Positions 1 to 7,463 are shown, counted from the first letter of the stretch. The stretch is DNA of 48,474 bases from an uncultured Flavobacteriaceae bacterium (GCA_964420345.1 CAYQTF010000001.1:1-48474); one strand, 5' to 3'. Numbers and translations: made by a program. The notes: generated from the letters alone by a model not told the origin.

Positions 1-485
1 TTAGAATGTTTTTCGATTTTTCAAGAGAAAAAGAAATCTATTTAAAAGAAGAAATTCAATTATTAAACGGTTATTTAGAAATTGAAAAAATGCGTTTCGG
101 TAAAGATTTTAATTATAAAATAGATATCATAAACAATTTAGGAATCGATAGATTTAAAATACCAACTATGTTGTTGCAACCTATTGTTGAAAATGCCGTA
201 AACCATGGTTTGTTTCATAATAAAGGCAAAGGATTAATTCAGATATATTTTACATTTATTACAAAAAACAGTATTGAAATAAGTATTCAAGATAATGGTA
301 TTGGTGTAGAGAAATCAAAAAAAATACAAGAAAATTCCTTAAAAATAAAGTTAAATAAAAACAAATCAACAAATATTATTAAAGAACGAATAGATTTGTT
401 AAATCAAACAAGAAAATGGTTTGTAACCTACAACACTTTATCAAGTAATGAAGGTACAACTGTTCGACTAACCTTTCAAAAATGA
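1..485 (+). CDS. Sensor histidine kinase, C-terminal part (LytS/YehU-type); the gene runs off the left edge
   Basis: The frame is open to base 1; the track Met at 6 is internal. N-box-like LLQPIVENAVNHG and G-box-like IQDNGIG are present. The stop overlaps the next start (ATGA at 482-485). Confidence 0.8.
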   Translation, partial: RMFFDFSREKEIYLKEEIQLLNGYLEIEKMRFGKDFNYKIDIINNLGIDRFKIPTMLLQPIVENAVNHGLFHNKGKGLIQIYFTFITKNSIEISIQDNGIGVEKSKKIQENSLKIKLNKNKSTNIIKERIDLLNQTRKWFVTYNTLSSNEGTTVRLTFQK

Positions 486-1228
486 ATAAAATCAAAGCAA
501 TATTAGTTGATGATGAAGAGAAAGCATTAGAAAGTTTACAGATTAAAATAAAACATTTTTTTCCTAAAATAGAAATCTTAGAAAACATTTCTGATGCAGA
601 GAAAGCAGTTGTTAAAATAAATAAATTAGAACCAGATTTGGTTTTTATAGATATCGAAATGCCTATTTTAAGTGGTTTTGATGTGTTGGCAAAAATTAAT
701 AATCCAAATTTTGAAATTATTTTTGTAACAGCATATAATAATTATGCCATAGAGGCAATACAGCATTGTGCTATTGGTTATGTAGTAAAACCGATTGATA
801 ATGATGAATTAAAAGAAGCAGTAAATAATGCGCTAAAAAATATAAATCAAAAAACAGCTTTCGAAAAAAACGTACAATTATTAGAACGTTTAGGTGGTGA
901 CTCTTCACAAACAAGTATCGCCATACCAAGCCAAAGGGGTTTGAGTTTTATTAAAACAGAAAACATTATTAGGTTTGAAGGTATTGATGGTTATACTAAA
1001 ATATTCATTAAAGATGAATTGCCAATTTTAAGTTCGTATAGCATTGGTAAATTTTGTAAAATGTTAGATAAATCTTATTTTTATTTATCACATAAATCAC
1101 ACTTTATTAATTTAAAATATGTTTCTTCTATTTTAAAAGAAGGTTCTATTTTATTGCAAGACAAAAGTCATGTGCCTTTAGTAAAAGCAAAGAGAAATGA
1201 ACTTATTGAGAAAATGAAAAATTTATAA
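482..1228 (+). CDS. LytTR-family response regulator
   Basis: N-terminal receiver domain (ILVDDE, DLVFIDIEMP, FVTAY). C-terminal LytTR-type DNA-binding domain (IIRFEGIDGYTKIF ... SHKSHFINLKYV). Translationally coupled to the kinase. Confidence 0.9.
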   Translation: MNKIKAILVDDEEKALESLQIKIKHFFPKIEILENISDAEKAVVKINKLEPDLVFIDIEMPILSGFDVLAKINNPNFEIIFVTAYNNYAIEAIQHCAIGYVVKPIDNDELKEAVNNALKNINQKTAFEKNVQLLERLGGDSSQTSIAIPSQRGLSFIKTENIIRFEGIDGYTKIFIKDELPILSSYSIGKFCKMLDKSYFYLSHKSHFINLKYVSSILKEGSILLQDKSHVPLVKAKRNELIEKMKNL

Positions 1229-1247
1229 TTCAAGACACTATATAAAA

Positions 1248-1471
1248 TTACTGTTGTCCGATAAAGACATTAGACCGCTTCGCTATTAGATATTAGACAA
1301 AAGACCAAATCGTAACTATTTGATAATATTTTATTTAAAAATAAAGTAAGTTTGGCAGTAATTCTTTAATTGATTTTTTGAAAAGTAAGGTGTCGTTTTG
1401 TAAATATCTCCTTACTCCTGTGTTTTATTGAGTTTTTAGTGTTTGTCTGTAATTTTATCGGACAACAGTAA
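1248..1471. mobile_element. MITE-like non-autonomous element, copy 1 (224 bp)
   Basis: 18-bp perfect terminal inverted repeats (TTACTGTTGTCCGATAAA at 1248-1265, reverse complement at 1454-1471). Flanked by a perfect 7-bp direct duplication TATAAAA (1241-1247 and 1472-1478). No ORF inside. Second copy at 29244-29469. Confidence 0.8.
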
Positions 1472-1544
1472 TATAAAATAATTGATAAAGTATAGTTAGA
1501 AACTTTTTCTGAAAAAAAACAAAGAATTATAAACCAAGATATTC

Positions 1545-1552
1545 TAATTTTG
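1545..1552 (+). promoter_or_regulatory. Candidate Bacteroidota -7 promoter box (TAATTTTG) for tRNA-Arg
   Basis: Matches TAnnTTTG and ends 22 nt upstream of the tRNA 5' end. Confidence 0.35.
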
Positions 1553-1573
1553 TTACTTTCGCAATATTAAATT

Positions 1574-1647
1574 GGCCACGTAGTTCAATTGGATAGAATG
1601 ACAGATTTCGGCTCTGTTGGTTGAAGGTTCGAGTCCTTCCGTGGTCA
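1574..1647 (+). tRNA. tRNA-Arg (anticodon TCG)
   Basis: Manual cloverleaf of 74 nt. Acceptor GGCCACG/CGTGGTC (one G-T pair), D stem GTTC/GAAT, anticodon stem ACAGA/TCTGT with loop TTTCGGC, T stem GAAGG/CCTTC with loop TTCGAGT, discriminator A. No encoded CCA. Confidence 0.93.
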
Positions 1648-1704
1648 CTTAATGAAAGTGTAACTTATTAAATGTAAGGTTATTATGTTTTTTTGTATGT
1701 AGTT

Positions 1705-1728
1705 TTAGTCCGTATTTAGTCCGTAAAT
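1705..1728 (+). repeat. Island-end repeat TTAGTCCGTATTTAGTCCGTAAAT (candidate arm-type recombinase sites), left end
   Basis: Identical 24-mer at 8871-8894. It contains two TAGTCCGTA motifs 11 bp apart. Confidence 0.6.
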
Positions 1729-1810
1729 GGTTTTTTATGTCTTTCTTATCGGTTTAAAAACGAGGTAAATATTTATTTTTTAAATCTATTTCTTTGTAAT
1801 TTACTGCAAT

Positions 1811-1839
1811 AAAAAAAGAGAGTGGTTAAACTCTCTTTT
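1811..1839 (-). terminator. Rho-independent terminator of the 2984->1866 three-gene cassette
   Basis: Stem AAAAGAGAG/CTCTCTTTT (1814-1822 and 1831-1839). On the minus strand it is followed by a T-run. Located 27 nt after the stop at 1866. Confidence 0.65.
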
Positions 1840-1865
1840 CTGAAATAACAAAAAAAACTTATCTT

Positions 1866-2240
1866 CTATTTTAATAAAAGTTTTTTTGCATCTTCAATCA
1901 ATTGCTTTTTATCTTCTTTTTCAAAATGGTTTTTTTCATTAACTACAATTTTGCGTAATTCCTTTAGTTCTGATTTTATTTTATTATTAAAGTCATAACC
2001 ACCTTGTACATTTTCAAGATTATTATTTGCTTTATCTACAAGGAAGTAATCGCATTTACCATCATACAACGCACTCTCTTTGTAAAAAGAAAATCTATCT
2101 CTTAAAATACTTAAATAATCCCTGCTATTTTCGTTTACAATATCATCAATCCATTCTAACATTTCAAGTCCACTTTCTATTTGACTAATTCCTTGAAGTA
2201 ATAATAATTTGTTTGCTGTGTCTAATTTGTGTCTGCTCAT
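1866..2240 (-). CDS. Hypothetical protein (124 aa), island cargo
   Basis: ORF in tight co-directional array with 2262-2576 and 2625-2984. No motif recognised. Confidence 0.55.
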   Translation of the reverse strand: MSRHKLDTANKLLLLQGISQIESGLEMLEWIDDIVNENSRDYLSILRDRFSFYKESALYDGKCDYFLVDKANNNLENVQGGYDFNNKIKSELKELRKIVVNEKNHFEKEDKKQLIEDAKKLLLK

Positions 2241-2261
2241 AATTTTAGTTTTTACTGGTTA

Positions 2262-2576
2262 TTAAAATATTGTTATTAAATTTTCTACTTTGAAACTTCT
2301 AAAATTTTGCTTTTCGGTATCAAAATAAGCAATGCTTTTAAAGTTCTCTTTTCTTTTGATTGTGGAGGTTGTTACATAGTTTTTAATTATTCCTTTAGCA
2401 CGTCTTAATGTTCCGTCTGCTTTTTCAAATGTAAACTCGGTTACTTTGTTTCGCATCTTTTTAATAAGTCTGTACACTTGCCACGCCTTTGATAAGCAAA
2501 CAGCAAAACTCTTATTAGTGCTTTGCATAATCTCGTATGCACGTTTAAATACTTTGGTTCTAAAATTTGTTTTCAT
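2262..2576 (-). CDS. Small protein resembling the DUF2693 / WYL_2 (SH3 beta-barrel) family
   Basis: Pattern TFEKADGTLRRAKG ... YFDTEKQNFRSFKVENLI matches my memory of DUF2693 proteins from Bacteroidota mobile elements. Not verified by search. Confidence 0.45.
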   Translation of the reverse strand: MKTNFRTKVFKRAYEIMQSTNKSFAVCLSKAWQVYRLIKKMRNKVTEFTFEKADGTLRRAKGIIKNYVTTSTIKRKENFKSIAYFDTEKQNFRSFKVENLITIF

Positions 2577-2624
2577 AATTTATAAATTGTTTTAATTGTT
2601 AATATCTTAGTTATTCTTAGTGTT

Positions 2625-2984
2625 TTATGCCGAAGTTCCAAACTGTTGGATTGCTCTTGCCATTGGTGTCATATTTGATTGTTGCAATTTGTATGCTTTG
2701 ATTTGCTCTTTTGTTTCAATCATAAAATTCATTTCTATAATGTTTTTTAAATCGTTCTCAAGCAGATAATCAAAACCGTTTACAATTTGCTCATACATAT
2801 CATTTTGTTGCTTTACAGACGTTAAAAATATATTTTCGGTAGTTTTATCGTTAAATAACTCTATTAGTCTTAAACCGAAATTTCTTTTGGTGTAATAAGT
2901 TTTATTTCCTAACTTAAAAATAACTTTATGCTTATTATTTGAAAGTATGGTTTTTAAGTTTGTTTTGAAATTATTTGTATTCAT
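2625..2984 (-). CDS. Hypothetical protein (119 aa), first gene of the island cargo cassette
   Basis: ORF directly downstream of a divergent promoter/operator region. No motif recognised. Confidence 0.55.
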   Translation of the reverse strand: MNTNNFKTNLKTILSNNKHKVIFKLGNKTYYTKRNFGLRLIELFNDKTTENIFLTSVKQQNDMYEQIVNGFDYLLENDLKNIIEMNFMIETKEQIKAYKLQQSNMTPMARAIQQFGTSA

Positions 2985-3063
2985 AATGCAAGTTTAAGTG
3001 TTATTATTATAATGCAAATGTAAGTTAATATATTATGTTATGCAAGTTTTAATGTTATTATTT
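2985..3063. promoter_or_regulatory. Three ~25-bp direct repeats (candidate operators) in the divergent XRE/cassette control region
   Basis: AATGCAAGTTTAAGTGTTATTATTA (2985-3009), AATGCAAATGTAAGTTAATATATTA (3011-3035) and TATGCAAGTTTTAATGTTATTATTT (3039-3063). A minus-strand -7 box TACATTTG (3015-3022) lies inside repeat 2. A plus-strand -7 box TACTTTTG lies at 3095-3102. Confidence 0.55.
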
Positions 3064-3124
3064 AATAATTAATATAAGTTTAACTTTAATTTTGTACTTT
3101 TGTATTAATATAAAATAAATTATT

Positions 3125-3391
3125 ATGAGTATTTTACGATTAAAAGAGTTGTTAAAAGAAAAAGGAATAACTGGCAAAGAGTTATCTGAAAAAGTAGAAC
3201 TTTCGGTTACTGCTATGTCAAACGTTGTAAAAGGGCAAAGTTTACCACGTCAGGAAGTGCTTTTAAAAATTGCCAATATTTTAGATGTAGATATTAAAGA
3301 TTTGTTCAATTCTACTAAAGAAACTGAAACCGAAACTATTTTTGTTAAACGTGATAATACTTTTGTGCCTATTGGTAAATTGAAAGTTTAA
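3125..3391 (+). CDS. XRE-family helix-turn-helix transcriptional regulator
   Basis: HTH_3-like N-terminus (LKELLKEKGITGKELSEKVELSVTAMSNVVKGQSLPRQEVLLKIANILDVDIKDLF). Divergent from the three-gene cassette. Confidence 0.8.
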   Translation: MSILRLKELLKEKGITGKELSEKVELSVTAMSNVVKGQSLPRQEVLLKIANILDVDIKDLFNSTKETETETIFVKRDNTFVPIGKLKV

Positions 3392-3658
3392 AAATCTTGT
3401 ATTTTTCTTGCTTTCTCTACTCGCTCATAAAACGACGAGAATTTTTTATGTTATGTACGTGTGTGCGTATCGTTTTGATTTTCACTAAATACAATTTTAG
3501 TTATCCGAGGTATTTCGAGTATAAAAATCTTAGGTATTGTTAGGTTTTTCGTTTGTTTTAATCTTGGGTATTCTCACGTTTTTAAAAATTTATTATTTAG
3601 AACAGTTCTAAATAAAGAATTATATTTGTACTTTATAACAAGGAAGTAAGCAACCTTT

Positions 3659-3690
3659 AAACCTCTATTCTTAAACGTTTAGAGGTTTTT
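3659..3690 (+). terminator. Hairpin plus T-run between the XRE gene and the Rep-like gene (possibly bidirectional)
   Basis: AAACCTCTA/TAGAGGTTT stem (3659-3667 and 3680-3688) followed by TTTTT on the plus strand. It overlaps the stop of the minus-strand ORF at 3689. Confidence 0.4.
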
Positions 3691-5011
3691 AATTAAACAT
3701 TTGTATCTGATTTTCTGTATAAAGTCTATTTTGTTTTATTCTTTGATTACTCGCCTTGTTTCTTATGTTGTGATAAATTTCTTTTATTTGAATTTCTAAA
3801 TCTGCATCAATCCATTTTTTAGATAAATATTTATTTTTAACCTTTGCAAAACTCATTTTATCTGTATAATATAAATTTGTTATTTGATTAATAGATAATA
3901 AAAAACTACTCTCTTTTTGCATTGAAATATCTTGTCCAGTTACTACACAAAATTTAACCTTTTTTGCACTCTTTTTTTTAGTGTTGTTTTGTGTTGGTTT
4001 TTGGGTTGTAGATTGTAGCATAATTAACCCTATATTAGAACTGTTAATTAAACTACAAAAAGGTGTTTCAGATAGTCGGTTAATTAAACTACACTTTTGA
4101 TCGATTTTATTGGCAATATTTTGTTTTAGATTTTTAGAATATTTACTAATATAATTTTCTAAATTCTGCTTGTGCCTATCTCTCTCTTTACTTTTTAAAT
4201 CTATTAACCAATATCTCGGATTTGAATAATTTTTTAATTTATCTAAACTTCTCTTATTCAAACCTTTTTTTCTAATTGTATAATCATAGTAAACTGTTTT
4301 ATTAAATTGTGTTAAAAGTAAACTGGTTGCTTTTTTAAGTGTGTTTTCGTTTATGTCTGCCAAAGTATTTATGTTTATACTTTTTAAATCTTCGGTTTTA
4401 ATTATTTTAATTTCAATTCTTAATACATTGCCTTTCATTTTGTACTGGTTGGATTTGCAATATATTTTTAGAATATATCTTTGATGTTCTACTTGTGCAT
4501 AGTTGCCATTAAATCTAAATTCAAATTGTTTGCCATAATGATACAATAAACCTTTTATAAAAAGTAAAGGGTAAAAATCTGTAATTAAGTTTATACCAAA
4601 CTCTACATTTTGGATTTTAAAGTTATCCATACTACAATTAAATAATTTAGTTAAGTGGTTTATTGTTTCGTTAATATGATTTAAAGTAAACGTATTGCCG
4701 TTAAAACCTTTGTAGGTTGCTTTGTTGTAATTTGGTGCTTTAATGCCTATTAGTGAATTATACATTTTATGAATACTACCTTGAAAGAAAATAAGGTTTG
4801 CATCTTCGTAAATAATTATTTTACTGAAGTGATATTCAGCAACTTTTTTACTTGACAATTCGCCAGTTTTTTCAGAAACAACCGTTTTAAACTCTAAATT
4901 AGAATTTAGCAAATGCTTTATATCTGCATTTAAAACTTTTATTTTAACGTAATCAATCAAAGTAAAATGATGTATATTTGTATTGGTTATGCTTTGCCGT
5001 ATAACTAACAT
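3689..5011 (-). CDS. Putative replication-initiation protein (phage/plasmid gene II/X-like, Rep_trans-like N-terminal half); function uncertain
   Basis: 440 aa. The N-terminal half (IDYVKIKV ... FFQGSIHKMYN ... GFNGNTF ... LRIEIKI) resembles rolling-circle initiators as I remember them. The C-terminal part contains CVVTGQDISMQKESSFLLS ... HNIRNKASN. Unverified. Confidence 0.4.
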   Translation of the reverse strand: MLVIRQSITNTNIHHFTLIDYVKIKVLNADIKHLLNSNLEFKTVVSEKTGELSSKKVAEYHFSKIIIYEDANLIFFQGSIHKMYNSLIGIKAPNYNKATYKGFNGNTFTLNHINETINHLTKLFNCSMDNFKIQNVEFGINLITDFYPLLFIKGLLYHYGKQFEFRFNGNYAQVEHQRYILKIYCKSNQYKMKGNVLRIEIKIIKTEDLKSININTLADINENTLKKATSLLLTQFNKTVYYDYTIRKKGLNKRSLDKLKNYSNPRYWLIDLKSKERDRHKQNLENYISKYSKNLKQNIANKIDQKCSLINRLSETPFCSLINSSNIGLIMLQSTTQKPTQNNTKKKSAKKVKFCVVTGQDISMQKESSFLLSINQITNLYYTDKMSFAKVKNKYLSKKWIDADLEIQIKEIYHNIRNKASNQRIKQNRLYTENQIQMFN

Positions 5012-5077
5012 TTTGAACGATGTTAAAAAGGTGGTTTTTATTAACTACCTTTTTTTTGTTCAAAATATTAGTGATAA

Positions 5078-5107
5078 TCCGACTTATTCCGACTATTTCC
5101 GATTAAT
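5078..5107. repeat. Three 10-bp-phased direct repeats TCCGACTTAT / TCCGACTATT / TCCGATTAAT (iteron-like)
   Basis: Read directly. Located between ORF 5103-5531 and the Rep-like gene start, overlapping the stop at 5103. Confidence 0.5.
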
Positions 5108-5531
5108 CAAATAATTGCATTTGATTTGTCTTTGGTTTTACGGTATCATCATTCCAAACATTAGGGTTTGTAGAAACGAATTGTACGTTTTTAGAGTTTG
5201 TTGTAGGGCATTTATCTAAATAAACCACTTTTAAAAGTTGTCTTTTTTCGTAATATGCTTTAACCTCGCATAAATATTTATGTGGTATTTTGGTACTCTC
5301 ACAAACGGTTGCCATTGTTGTAAGATGTTCGTTTAGATAATCGTAAACTCTTTTACGATAAACCTCTCTAAATACTTTAACCACATAAGGTAAACCGAAA
5401 CTTGCACAAATCTTGGGTTGCTCTAATATTTCAATATAAGGGTTGCTTTTAATATAGTTTCTTAACTGCTTTAAACTATCTTTTCTTTGTTTTGTTTGCT
5501 TTGCCATTGTCTTACTGATTAAGTTTAACAA
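5103..5531 (-). CDS. Hypothetical protein (142 aa; alternative start at 5507 gives MAKQTKQ...)
   Basis: ORF overlapping or abutting the upstream Xis-like gene. No motif recognised. Confidence 0.55.
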   Translation of the reverse strand: MLNLISKTMAKQTKQRKDSLKQLRNYIKSNPYIEILEQPKICASFGLPYVVKVFREVYRKRVYDYLNEHLTTMATVCESTKIPHKYLCEVKAYYEKRQLLKVVYLDKCPTTNSKNVQFVSTNPNVWNDDTVKPKTNQMQLFD

Positions 5532-5793
5532 TTGCGTTTTCTACTTCTTTGCGTTTGTAGTAAACTCTTGCACCGATAGAATAAGCAACTAAAGTTTTGT
5601 TGCGTGTCCAGTTGTGAACCGTTGAGAGATTGATTTTTAAAATTTTGCTTACTTCCGAACGAGTAAGATACTCGGTTGGTTTCTTTGGTTGTAGGTGTTT
5701 TTTTAAATCCTCAATTTGTTTTTTTAATTCCGTTAATGGATTAATGATTTGTTGCGGTTCTAAATTGTGTAATTGTGTAATTGCGTTTTGCAT
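5512..5793 (-). CDS. Excisionase-type (MerR-like HTH_17) DNA-binding protein
   Basis: LTRSEVSKILKINLSTVHNWTRNKTLVAYSIGARVYYKRKEVENAI is the typical Xis/AlpA-type HTH pattern. Confidence 0.7.
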   Translation of the reverse strand: MQNAITQLHNLEPQQIINPLTELKKQIEDLKKHLQPKKPTEYLTRSEVSKILKINLSTVHNWTRNKTLVAYSIGARVYYKRKEVENAIVKLNQ

Positions 5794-5868
5794 CTTTTTA
5801 ATGTTTTAAGATTAATAAAGTGCAAATAAACTCCTTGCTAAAGGTGTATAAAGGTTACTAACGTATTG

Positions 5869-6639
5869 CTAACGTATGTTTTCTTTTTTAATAAAGTTGT
5901 TTAAACTTGTTTTTAACCTGTCTAAAAACAAAGTTTCACTACCATTGTTACGGATTTTTAAATCTTGAATTATTTTGTTTTCGTGTTTTATTTCAATTTC
6001 AAAGAATTGTGAAAATGTTTTAATAATATCTTTTTGTTTTCCTTTTATGCTTCCGTTTACAATTAGTGCTTTTACTAATTCTATTAACTCGGTTTGTGTT
6101 AGGTTGAATTTTACAAATGTTTCTTTAATTTTTAAATCTATCTTTTTATTTTTGCTTAAAAGTTCTTTTTTAAAGTTAAATAATATGTGCAATGTTTTTG
6201 ACCTTGCATAATCAAAATATATCTTTTCAAGGTTTTCACTAAAAATTGTTTTATCATTCCTTAATTTGTTTATGTGTTGAAATACATCTTCTTTAAACCC
6301 TATTTTCATAACAGGATGTAATTCTTGTAGTATATCATTATTCGTAAAACATGTTTGAAAAAAAAAATCTTCTTTAAATACTCCGTCAAAAAAATTATAA
6401 GCAACAAAAGTACTATTTTCTATACTTAACAATCTTCTGTACCTCTTAATTTCTTTATCAATTATTTCGTTCTGTTCTTTTTTAGAATATAAATTAATAT
6501 TTGCAAGTGTTTCATAAACTGAAGTTTCTATTCCGTGTGATTTTGTCTTATTTAATATATTATATTTATTTTTTATATCTTCTTTAAGATATTTTGTTAC
6601 TATTTCAATGTTCTTCCTTAGATTAACTTGATATTTCAT
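5869..6639 (-). CDS. RteC-like regulatory protein
   Basis: The C-terminal segment FNLTQTELIELVKALIVNGSI ... FSQFFEIEI ... FLDRLKTSL resembles the RteC C-terminal signature known from Bacteroidota mobile elements. From memory. Confidence 0.5.
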   Translation of the reverse strand: MKYQVNLRKNIEIVTKYLKEDIKNKYNILNKTKSHGIETSVYETLANINLYSKKEQNEIIDKEIKRYRRLLSIENSTFVAYNFFDGVFKEDFFFQTCFTNNDILQELHPVMKIGFKEDVFQHINKLRNDKTIFSENLEKIYFDYARSKTLHILFNFKKELLSKNKKIDLKIKETFVKFNLTQTELIELVKALIVNGSIKGKQKDIIKTFSQFFEIEIKHENKIIQDLKIRNNGSETLFLDRLKTSLNNFIKKENIR

Positions 6640-6921
6640 TCTGAACGATTGTATTAATTATTATTTGTGTTGTTTCGTGTCGTATTAACAACATAAAATA
6701 CCGTAGTATTCCGTAGTTTAATAACGATTATTTTTTGCCCTCGTATTTCGTGTATTTTATTTTGAATTATTTGTGATTCCATTTTAATAGGTTGGTTTAC
6801 GGTATCACAAATTATAATGTTAGTTTTATTTTTTGCAATTATTTATAAACGTTCTTACTTTCGTTTATACAAAACGGCACTTTCTTATTAAACGTTTTTT
6901 ACATATAATTTAGACGTGTTA

Positions 6922-7215
6922 TTATTTTTCTAAAACTCTACTCGGTCGCATATTGGTATTAAAAACTCGCATTATATTAATAGTGTCGCCATTAACAAAA
7001 TAAACCATTTTAAAACTCCATTTAGTAATGTATCTTATATTCTCATTATTGTAGTATGGTTCTACTGGATAAGAATAAGGAAACGTTTTTAATACGTTTG
7101 GCAACTCTAAAAGAGTGTTTAATACCTTAAGTGCATTTTGTGGACTTTGCTTTGCAATATAACTTATATTGTCGTTGAGGTCTTTGTTTGCTTTACTATC
7201 CCAAATTATGTGCAT
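6922..7215 (-). CDS. RelE/ParE-family type II toxin
   Basis: 97 aa. Overlaps the upstream 85-aa ORF by 20 nt. Sequence pattern typical of ParE-like plasmid-stabilisation toxins. Confidence 0.55.
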   Translation of the reverse strand: MHIIWDSKANKDLNDNISYIAKQSPQNALKVLNTLLELPNVLKTFPYSYPVEPYYNNENIRYITKWSFKMVYFVNGDTINIMRVFNTNMRPSRVLEK

Positions 7216-7453
7216 CGAGTATGTTTTTTCTTACCTCTTCGGTTGTGTATAATGTTGCCGTTCCGTTTTTAATTTCTTTTATACTTTCATTCATTTCTTT
7301 GATATATTCACTTTCAAAAATTGGTTTTCCTTTAGCATCATAACCAACAATGTTCTCTTTTTCAATCAAAGATTTTACTTTGTTTAAAAGTGCATTATTT
7401 GATATTGCTAATATTTTTTGTGCCAATGATATTTTTAATGTTTCTGTACTCAT
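7196..7453 (-). CDS. Putative cognate antitoxin
   Basis: 85-aa ORF immediately upstream of and overlapping the toxin. It starts 10 nt after the integrase stop. Confidence 0.5.
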   Translation of the reverse strand: MSTETLKISLAQKILAISNNALLNKVKSLIEKENIVGYDAKGKPIFESEYIKEMNESIKEIKNGTATLYTTEEVRKNILDAHNLG

Positions 7454-7463
7454 AGTTTTATAT

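Noticed and set aside
6-485. Met at position 6 as the true start of the histidine kinase
   Set aside because: The frame is open to the window edge, and the 159 aa cover only the ATPase domain. The gene is truncated by the window.
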